Shown piece by piece: positions 18,261 through 25,732 of a DNA stretch of 54,081 nucleotides. The position numbers were made by a program, and so were the translations under genes. This DNA is from Candidatus Dojkabacteria bacterium (GTDB taxonomy: Bacteria; Patescibacteriota; Dojkabacteria; B142; JAFGFJ01). Where the stretch lies: contig JAFGFJ010000003.1 of NCBI GenBank assembly GCA_016931155.1, positions 1-54,081 on the forward strand, written 5' to 3'. Positions within the stretch are counted from its first letter, which is position 1; each line of letters opens with the position of its first letter. A model generated the notes under the pieces. The model was not told the origin of the DNA. It saw only the letters and a list, made by a program, of their open reading frames with translations, and made no database searches.

Positions 18261-20312
18261 ATGACATCCAAAGAAATACGTAAAGCCTTTATTGGGTTCT
18301 GGACTGAAGAACCAAGAAATTTTCAGGTTGTGCCCAATATGTCCCTTGTCCCAAATGTTGACTCCACATTACTTTTTGTAAATTCCGGCATGTTTCCTCT
18401 TGCACCATACCTTGCCGGTCAGCCACACCCGCTTGGAAAAAGACTTTGCAACATTCAACGATGTCTCCGCACAAATTATGACGAAATGATAGAGATCGGA
18501 GATAATAGACACACACTCATGTTTGAAATGATGGGTAATTGGTCACTTGGAGATTTCACAAAAGAACAACAGATAGAATGGATTATGGAACTGCATATTG
18601 AAAGATATAAACTGGATCCAAAAAGGCTGTACATTAGTGTGTTCGGAGGTGATGAAGATGCACCTGGAGATGAAGTTGCAATCAAATCATGGAAAAATGC
18701 ATTTAAAAAATACGGAGTCGATGCAGAGTTTTCAGAAGACATCACTGACATTCCAAAAAACCTTGAAGAAGGAAAAAACTGGAAGAACAGGATTTTTCCG
18801 TATCCGAAAACTAAAAACTGGTGGGAAAGAGCACACGCCGTTGGAGAACTTGGAGGTTCTTCATCCGAAATGTTTTACGACCGTGGAGTAATAGAAATTG
18901 AGCAGGATAAATATCATATTAACGACGACTCAGGCCGGTTTATTGAGATTGGAAATAACGTCTTCATGGAATACAAACTTGACAAAAACATGAAATGGCA
19001 AATACTGGATCAAAAAAATATAGATTTTGGTGGCGGATTTGAAAGAGTAACTATGATTGTGCAGGGAAAAAACGATATTTTCGAAACGGATATTTACGGT
19101 ACTATTATTGGAAAAATTGAAGAAATCTCAGGAAAAAAATACAAGACCAATGGAAAAGACAATGAATTTACTGAAAGTTTTAGAGTGATCGCAGATCACA
19201 TACGTGCAGCTGTATTCATCCTTGCTGATGGGATAAAACCTTCAAATAAAGATCAGGGATACATTCTGAGAAGATTTATTAGAAGAATGGTAAGGTTTGC
19301 AAAAAAGATCGGAATAGAAAGAGACTTCGGCAAAGAGGTAGCAGAAGAGGTAGTGAAGGCGTTGAACTATGCATATCCGCACCTTAAGGAAAACGAGATT
19401 ACAGTACTCGAAGAAATTGAGAAGGAAGAAAGAGTATTCAAGCACACTTTAAGTAAAGGATTGAAAGAATTTGGTACTATAATTACTTCTCCAGGGGAGA
19501 TCAGCAAAAATGGAAAACCATTCAATAAAACAATGGTCGAACCAGAACTAATTGAATTAGGACAGCTACTATTTTACTTTTATGAGACTTACGGCTTTCC
19601 TTTTGAACTGGGAATAGAAGAATTTCAAAATGTTAGAAATTTTCAGTTAGGAGATCTACACTTTAGGATAGTAGAAGATGCTTTTAAAAAAGAAGAAGAA
19701 AAGCACAGAGAAGCATCCCGCAAAGGAGCAGAGCAGAAATTCAAGGGTGGTCTTGCAGATCACTCAGAAGAAGTTGTAAGACTCCACACAGCTCATCATT
19801 TGCTTCTGGCTTCACTGCAAAAAATTGTTAATCCTTGTATCAAACAGAGAGGAAGTAATATCACTGGAGAAAGACTCAGGATGGATTTCAACTTTGACAG
19901 AAAACTTACTGATGATGAGATTAAAAGAGTGGAAGCTCTAGTGAATGAAAAAATTGAGGAAGGACTGATCGTGAGAAGACTTACTATGCATAAAGGGATA
20001 GCAGAAAAAGCAGGAGCTCAAATGGAATTCGGCATTAAATACCCGGATCTGGTCACTGTTTACACAACTGTCGACACTGAGATTAATGAAAGAATAAACA
20101 GATTCTTTAATGAGGAAGGAGACGCAAAGACAGGGAACCTTCTCGCCAAAGATGTTACAGCCCTTCTAGAAAAGACCTTTTCCAAAGAATTCTGCGGCGG
20201 ACCACATGTAAAAAACACAAAAGAACTCGGCAAAAGCGGAAAATTTAAAATCTTGAAAGAAGAGAATATTGGAAGCGGAAATAGAAGAATAAAAGCAACA
20301 CTTGCAAAATAA
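18261..20312 (+). CDS. alaS: Alanine--tRNA ligase, short form
   Basis: 683 aa. N-terminus MTSKEIRKAFIGFW...VPNMSLVP...DSTLLFVNSGM. Editing-domain metal motifs HTAHHLL and CGGPHV. Ends soon after the editing domain (no C-Ala domain). Confidence 0.95.
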   Translation: MTSKEIRKAFIGFWTEEPRNFQVVPNMSLVPNVDSTLLFVNSGMFPLAPYLAGQPHPLGKRLCNIQRCLRTNYDEMIEIGDNRHTLMFEMMGNWSLGDFTKEQQIEWIMELHIERYKLDPKRLYISVFGGDEDAPGDEVAIKSWKNAFKKYGVDAEFSEDITDIPKNLEEGKNWKNRIFPYPKTKNWWERAHAVGELGGSSSEMFYDRGVIEIEQDKYHINDDSGRFIEIGNNVFMEYKLDKNMKWQILDQKNIDFGGGFERVTMIVQGKNDIFETDIYGTIIGKIEEISGKKYKTNGKDNEFTESFRVIADHIRAAVFILADGIKPSNKDQGYILRRFIRRMVRFAKKIGIERDFGKEVAEEVVKALNYAYPHLKENEITVLEEIEKEERVFKHTLSKGLKEFGTIITSPGEISKNGKPFNKTMVEPELIELGQLLFYFYETYGFPFELGIEEFQNVRNFQLGDLHFRIVEDAFKKEEEKHREASRKGAEQKFKGGLADHSEEVVRLHTAHHLLLASLQKIVNPCIKQRGSNITGERLRMDFNFDRKLTDDEIKRVEALVNEKIEEGLIVRRLTMHKGIAEKAGAQMEFGIKYPDLVTVYTTVDTEINERINRFFNEEGDAKTGNLLAKDVTALLEKTFSKEFCGGPHVKNTKELGKSGKFKILKEENIGSGNRRIKATLAK

Positions 20313-20407
20313 TCCTATTTCTCTATAATTAACCACTATATAACCTCCATCTTGTTTCATAAAACATCATTTTGAGTATATCTTAATCCAACTATTTTAC
20401 TTCGAGC

Positions 20408-21091
20408 ATGCCAAGACGAAAAAAAGGGGAAAATGGTAGAGGGAATCCCGATAAACAGGATAATGGCTCGTACTTCAGCCGTACTCCGAATTCAAATGGT
20501 TCTGCTGAATCCGCCGAAGCAAGCCTGAACGCAGCAAATCTAAATTTAGAAGAAGCGAAGGTTAATTTAATTAACTACGGTATAGACCTGGAAAACATAT
20601 ATACCTTAGACCTGGGAGACAATCATAAGGCACTAATATTTAAATTCTCTGGAACATCGATAGGAAACCTTTGTATGAGCATGAATCCTGAGGGCGAAAT
20701 TCGAAGGATACCCCTTATCGATACAATAGAAAAATATCTGGAGGAATTATCTGAAAGGCCAAACGAAGAAGTTGTTTTTTTCACACTCAATGTTGGGTGT
20801 ATTATTGGAAATAATAATGGTACTCCTGGTGAGCTGGATATCAGGATTATATATACTCCTGAAACACCCACAACTAGAGAAATAGACAACTATCCTCATA
20901 TTAAGAAAAGTTTTGTTACTGGAAACTATTTTCAAAACTCTTATAAAAAAATAAACCCAGAATCACATTACATGGTCTGCTTACAAGTTCCAACAATCCT
21001 TTCACAGAATCTCAAACCATCATTTAAAGTATTTTCTGATGCTTATTTAGCCTACAAAAATTATCCAGCCGAACGAAAGAAAACCGTATAA
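20408..21091 (+). CDS. Hypothetical protein, N-terminal paralogue of 16617..17147
   Basis: 227 aa. Basic, low-complexity N-terminus, then SAESAEASLNAANLNLEEAKVNLINYG, matching SISAESEKVNLLNYG of the 176-aa protein. Confidence 0.6.
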   Translation: MPRRKKGENGRGNPDKQDNGSYFSRTPNSNGSAESAEASLNAANLNLEEAKVNLINYGIDLENIYTLDLGDNHKALIFKFSGTSIGNLCMSMNPEGEIRRIPLIDTIEKYLEELSERPNEEVVFFTLNVGCIIGNNNGTPGELDIRIIYTPETPTTREIDNYPHIKKSFVTGNYFQNSYKKINPESHYMVCLQVPTILSQNLKPSFKVFSDAYLAYKNYPAERKKTV

Positions 21092-21357
21092 ACTAAATTT
21101 AGTATCTCCGATCTTAAACCTACGGGCGAAGCACGCAGAGTCTCAGTTGAAATAGCAATTCCATAAAATCCCCGGTTTTACAATTCCTGTCTTAAAATTC
21201 TTATTTGTATAATTCCTATCTTAATAATATGTGTATGTAAAATTCAACCTTTACAAATTTTAATCATTTTCTCTGTATATTTACGTTATTATTTATTAGA
21301 ATAACCCTACTACTCTCGGAAAGGCTGGCAAAAAATCAAAAAAAATAAGGATTCATA

Positions 21358-22470
21358 ATGGATATTACAAAACTAATCTCAAGTCTGGATTCTGAAAAAG
21401 CTAAAATAGATGAGCCTCTTGCCCCATACACCACTCTCAAAGTAGGGGGATCTGCAGATATTTTTTATACCGCGGATTCAACTGAAGACCTCATCAAAAC
21501 AGTGAAACTTGCCAAAGAATACAATATCCCTGTCACGCTCCTCGGCTGGGGAAGCAATGTTCTTATTTCAGACCGCGGGATTAGAGGAATAGTCATAAAA
21601 GTAAAATCAGATGGAATCAAAATACTAAATGTCAGCAATAAAGAAAATGTAAATAATAGCAACGAAAGTGACAGAGTTAAGTTTAAAAATGAGACAGATG
21701 CGAACAAATCCAGGACTAAGCCAAGACTTGTTCAGGTAGAAAAAGAAAAATATTACGATTTTTCTGCAGTGGACTATGATGAATCAGATTCTCCGGTTGT
21801 TCAAGTTGAGATCGATGCAGGAGTACCTATCCAGCTTGCAATAAATACATTGATTAATAAAGGTATCACAGGTCTTCAATGGTTCTCAGGAATACCCGGA
21901 ACAATTGGAGGAGCAATAGTCAACAATATACACGGTGGTGCTCATTTCTTGGAAGAGTATATAGATTCAGTAAAAATCCTAAACGAAAAACTTGAAGAAA
22001 AGACACTTGAAAAAGAAAGAATGCGGTTTGATTATGATTATTCCCGATTTCACAAAACAAAGGAAATTGTCCTTTCTGCTATTTTCAATCTTCATGAGGG
22101 AGATGCTCAAAAAGCAAAAGCAACTTCAATTGATTGGGCAAAAAGAAAAAGACTTCAGCCTGCAAGATCGGCCGGATGTGTGTGGAAAAATATTGACAAC
22201 AAAACACAAGAGAAGTTCGGATTTGAATCAAACGGGTTCGGCTACATCATCGACAAAAAGCTTGGACTTAAAGGCAAGAGAAGGGGAGGAGCAAAAATTT
22301 CTGATGCACATGCAGCATTCATCGAAACCAACGATAGTGCGACAGCAGAGGATGTACTTGAACTCATGAAACTTATTTATAAAAAATCAAAAGAAAAATT
22401 TGGAATAAAAGCCGAGCCTGAAATATTTCTACTTGGATTCAAGAAAGAGGAAATAAATGAATTTATTTAA
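21358..22470 (+). CDS. murB: UDP-N-acetylenolpyruvoylglucosamine reductase with a ~55-aa low-complexity insertion
   Basis: 370 aa. LAPYTTLKVGGSADIFY, GWGSNVLISD, GIPGTIGGAIVNNIHGG and SAGCVWKN are MurB blocks. An N/E/K-rich insert lies at about nt 21628-21795. Confidence 0.92.
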   Translation: MDITKLISSLDSEKAKIDEPLAPYTTLKVGGSADIFYTADSTEDLIKTVKLAKEYNIPVTLLGWGSNVLISDRGIRGIVIKVKSDGIKILNVSNKENVNNSNESDRVKFKNETDANKSRTKPRLVQVEKEKYYDFSAVDYDESDSPVVQVEIDAGVPIQLAINTLINKGITGLQWFSGIPGTIGGAIVNNIHGGAHFLEEYIDSVKILNEKLEEKTLEKERMRFDYDYSRFHKTKEIVLSAIFNLHEGDAQKAKATSIDWAKRKRLQPARSAGCVWKNIDNKTQEKFGFESNGFGYIIDKKLGLKGKRRGGAKISDAHAAFIETNDSATAEDVLELMKLIYKKSKEKFGIKAEPEIFLLGFKKEEINEFI

Positions 22471-23120
22471 TTATCTTCAGGCATTATTCTTTGCTGTGCC
22501 TTCATTCCATAACTATAGCAATTCCTCTGCTTCTTATGCTTTTCCAGTAATTCTTCGGATCTTTTACTCAAGCCTGCATTATTTGAAAGATTTTCCTCAC
22601 AGATAGCAGAACATAGAAACTCTACCCTGTATTTCTCAGCTTTTTCTATAATTTCTTCATGATTATACTTGCCAGTTAGTACCTCTGTAGCTTTAATTAC
22701 GACCTCAACTACGTCAGCAAGTGCCTCAACAGGGTTTTCTCCTATCCTGTCAATGAAACTCCATGGAATATATACAAATTCAAAACCTTCAATAATCTTT
22801 GTCGCCCCAATACTATTACTATAAGCTGAACAACCAAATACTAAGTCAACTGTTCTCGAATCTGTATAGTAGAATGTATTTTCCTCTCTTCCTTTGCCTT
22901 CTGGATTTCCTTTTATAAATCTTACTTCACTCCCATTTGAGTCAGAAATGGAAAACCCACCTGAAATGCTTCTTGTTCCATAACTATTCTGGTTATCTTC
23001 CTCAGGAGAAACATTTTCAAACCCTGATAATTCAACTACATGAGTCAAAGCTGCATCAATAGAAGGAGCAACTACTGATAGTAGCAGAGTATTACTCAAA
23101 AAAATTCCTGCCCTCATCAT
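22467..23120 (-). CDS. Hypothetical protein, probably secreted
   Basis: 217 aa. N-terminus MMRAGIFLSNTLLLSVVAPSIDAA looks like a signal peptide. Overlaps the upstream ORF by 29 nt and murB convergently by 4 nt. Confidence 0.6.
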   Translation of the reverse strand: MMRAGIFLSNTLLLSVVAPSIDAALTHVVELSGFENVSPEEDNQNSYGTRSISGGFSISDSNGSEVRFIKGNPEGKGREENTFYYTDSRTVDLVFGCSAYSNSIGATKIIEGFEFVYIPWSFIDRIGENPVEALADVVEVVIKATEVLTGKYNHEEIIEKAEKYRVEFLCSAICEENLSNNAGLSKRSEELLEKHKKQRNCYSYGMKAQQRIMPEDN

Positions 23121-23421
23121 AATACTGACTAATTACTTCATCAAAAAGAATCGTAGCTTCATTAAGAGAGCTACCTTCAGGAGTATTGTTCATAACGAAC
23201 CTGATAGATTCAAAAAAAAGAACTTGCGAGGCAATCCCAATTCCTCTTTCTATCTCATCCTCATTATGATTCCTTCCTCTAAGGAATTCATCTATCCCTG
23301 ATACTGAAAGTTCAGTCGTTTCAGATATCTTCAGTTTCTGAAAAACTCCCTCGAAGAATTTTTCAACATCTCCCATTGGTTGATTTGTATCTGGATGTAA
23401 TGTACCCATTTTTACTATCAA
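23092..23421 (-). CDS. Hypothetical protein
   Basis: 109-aa ORF immediately upstream of, and overlapping, 22467..23120. Confidence 0.55.
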   Translation of the reverse strand: MIVKMGTLHPDTNQPMGDVEKFFEGVFQKLKISETTELSVSGIDEFLRGRNHNEDEIERGIGIASQVLFFESIRFVMNNTPEGSSLNEATILFDEVISQYYDEGRNFFE

Positions 23422-23723
23422 GATATTAAAAATAGCAACCTGTTATCCAAAAAATGGATAATCACAGCTGCTAAAACAAATAAAGAAATTGGAAATAATT
23501 ATATATGGCAATCTGCCCGCTGTAAAGCCCTTTGAACAATTCTAATTAAATATCCGTAGTCTTCTCCAAAATCTAAAATATTTGCATATCTTGATCCCAT
23601 ATGGCTCTCGTGTTGTGATACACACAGAGAAACTTCTCCACCGTCATAATACACGATTCAAGCTCAAATTGTTGATACTTCTTCCATCCTAAAAACTCTT
23701 TTCTTAAGATTCAGTTGAAACTT

Positions 23724-23975
23724 TCAATGTAGACTGCCGGTTCTACGTGCCTGCTCTTCCATAAAACACCTTATATCCTCTTGCGCAGACAAATCCCTGA
23801 CATGACGAAAAAGCTCATATCTGAAAATATCTATAAATCCTTTATCTACTCTCACTGGACTAACCTGTGCAAGAAGCATCGCCAGATCCTCGTCGCTATA
23901 ACAAAGCAGCATAAAAATATGCTCTTCCTTTGTACTAATATTTCTTACTTCCCCGGAAGGTGAGATTTTTTTCAT
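23724..23975 (-). CDS. Hypothetical small protein
   Basis: 83-aa ORF. Followed by ~290 nt holding only frame-broken, protein-like fragments. Confidence 0.4.
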   Translation of the reverse strand: MKKISPSGEVRNISTKEEHIFMLLCYSDEDLAMLLAQVSPVRVDKGFIDIFRYELFRHVRDLSAQEDIRCFMEEQARRTGSLH

Positions 23976-24092
23976 CTTATTTAAAAAAATAAATTGAGAG
24001 GCAGGTCGGGCAGATTTCCGTCAATCCCATCTATTATCACATAGCGGATAAGGGAGTTGGCAGAAAGACCTAACCTTCCTTGGGGGTTAATT

Positions 24093-24132
24093 AGCTTGAA
24101 TTTTCATACTCATACAGTTTCGAATTCAAGCT
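24093..24132. repeat. Inverted repeat, 10-bp arms, 20-nt spacer
   Basis: AGCTTGAATT (24093-24102) and AATTCAAGCT (24123-24132). Confidence 0.85.
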
Positions 24133-24167
24133 ATATGGTTTTATACCAGATTGCACAGAAGTGCGCA

Positions 24168-24201
24168 TTGTATTGCAATACAAATTCTGAATTTTTCAGA
24201 A
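24168..24201. promoter_or_regulatory. Perfect 16-bp palindrome followed by a 7-bp/3-nt hairpin, abutting a TATAAT
   Basis: TTGTATTGCAATACAA (24168-24183). TTCTGAA-ttt-TTCAGAA (24185-24201). TATAAT at 24203-24208. The loop-less palindrome looks like a dimeric-regulator operator rather than an RNA hairpin. Confidence 0.4.
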
Positions 24202-24702
24202 ATATAATACATACAATTAATATGGAATCCGGCAAACCCGAAGAACTACACTTGAAATTGATCGGCTCGAATCCAAGATGAATTAAGGGAAAAAGAAAAA
24301 ATCGGATAATTGATAACAAGAATTGCTATGGGTTTATTTACTGATTAAGAAAAATACCCACGCATTTAATTTCATTTAATACCGTCATTATCTACACAAA
24401 GAACACAGACTAAACACCAGAATCATTATATATCTATTAGTTAAATACTACAGGTAGTGTGATAGAACATAAGTATTGTATAATTACTCAGTTTTATCCA
24501 AGACATTGCCCCAAATAAGTGTATAGCCGATTTCAGTCATGATCTCAACAAATCGCCCTGTAAAAATATCAATACCAATACAACTAAACAGAAGTTGAAA
24601 TTCCCGGCAAAAAGTATTGGCAAAAACATATCAACAATAATACCGGATAATGTGTAAAATATTCTATAAATTCAATGCATTAAGAAAAAATCAGAGTAAT
24701 AC

Positions 24703-25692
24703 ATGGGAATAGATAATAGGATACAGTCTACAAAACCTTTAGCAAGTATCAATGAAGGAGGAATGTCTTCACATGGGTCTTTAGATAATCCTTCACATTG
24801 CAGGATACATAATACACCCTCTGTGACAAGAGATAGGATTAATATCGGAAGAACAAATGAAAAATATTTTTCGATTAACAGAGGCTATCAAGATTTGCCG
24901 AAAAGTATCTGGATAAGCAATTCCAGAAAACTAACCAAATATGAATGTACAAGCGGAGTAGCAGATAATTTACCCCGGCAAAAGGATTGTTGTAGAATCG
25001 TTGCAGCCAATTATCTTGAAGCAGGTCTCAGTTTCCCTGAAGATGATGAAATTATGGTAATAGGCAATGATGAGATGTATATGAGAGATAACATTGATAG
25101 TGACGAAGAGAATTTTCGCTCAACCTATACTCTAGTCTCAAATGGAGAGGATATACCCCTTATAAGTGCACGGCTGGTAACACTTACAGACAAGGGTAAA
25201 CAACAAAATGAAGAACTGCCGATTCATACAAGATTAAAAACAGCCATCATCGGAAATGAAATCGATCTCAAACAAGAAGAAATTGATAACATACTCTCTC
25301 TAGAACATGAAATAACAAGACTTGGATTCAACACCACGATAATAAGGGAAGCACAAGTCTCCCCAACCTTGGTTGTAGCAGCATGGATTAGAACCATCTA
25401 TGCAATTATGGACAAGAGAAATATAAATAGAATAGGTGCAATCATTTCAGATATGACTTACAGTCTTTTTTCCAAGCTGGGAATCGATTTTATAACTCTC
25501 GGGCAAGAAATAAAATACAAGGAAACAGACAGATTTCATTCCAGATTTGTAATTATTGATATAGAAAATATTTCTGAAAAATTACTCTCCAGTAAAGAGC
25601 CACGACATATTGAAATCCTCAACTTTTTGTTGAATGGCAATTCTGAAAATAATAGGTTCCGCAAATATATTCCGATAGATCATTCAGACTGA
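24703..25692 (+). CDS. Hypothetical protein; the C-terminal ~230 aa has motif-level resemblance to GNAT-fold N-acyl synthases (LuxI / FeeM / exosortase-associated acyltransferase type)
   Basis: 329 aa. CRIVAANYLEAGLSF ... STYTLVSNGEDIPLISARLVTL ... LEHEITRLGFN ... LVVAAWIRTIYAIMDKRNINRIGAIISDMTYSLFSKLGIDFITLGQEIKYKETDRFHSRFVIIDI. This parallels the order of conserved blocks in that family (Y..gw, RL, E.SR, G...lG....Y.g). Judged by eye only. Confidence 0.4.
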   Translation: MGIDNRIQSTKPLASINEGGMSSHGSLDNPSHCRIHNTPSVTRDRINIGRTNEKYFSINRGYQDLPKSIWISNSRKLTKYECTSGVADNLPRQKDCCRIVAANYLEAGLSFPEDDEIMVIGNDEMYMRDNIDSDEENFRSTYTLVSNGEDIPLISARLVTLTDKGKQQNEELPIHTRLKTAIIGNEIDLKQEEIDNILSLEHEITRLGFNTTIIREAQVSPTLVVAAWIRTIYAIMDKRNINRIGAIISDMTYSLFSKLGIDFITLGQEIKYKETDRFHSRFVIIDIENISEKLLSSKEPRHIEILNFLLNGNSENNRFRKYIPIDHSD

Positions 25693-25732
25693 AATATCCT
25701 GCAGGCGTGAGAATTGATACAAGCCAAATGTT

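Noticed and set aside
22467-23421. Fusion of the 109-aa and 217-aa ORFs by a +1 frameshift on the T7 run
   Set aside because: The downstream ORF has its own tandem ATG and a signal-peptide-like N-terminus that would make little sense internally. The case is kept only as a low-interest note pending read-level checks.
24255-24275. GGCTCGAATCC, a T-loop-like string suggesting a tRNA or tmRNA 3' end
   Set aside because: The flanking bases cannot form a T-stem (ATCGG against CCAAG). No acceptor stem or CCA context is present.
24057-24319. Track ORFs 24057..24281 (+) and 24131..24319 (-) in the long gap
   Set aside because: They overlap each other on opposite strands. One has a TTG start without an SD, their composition is not protein-like, and they span the palindrome cluster.
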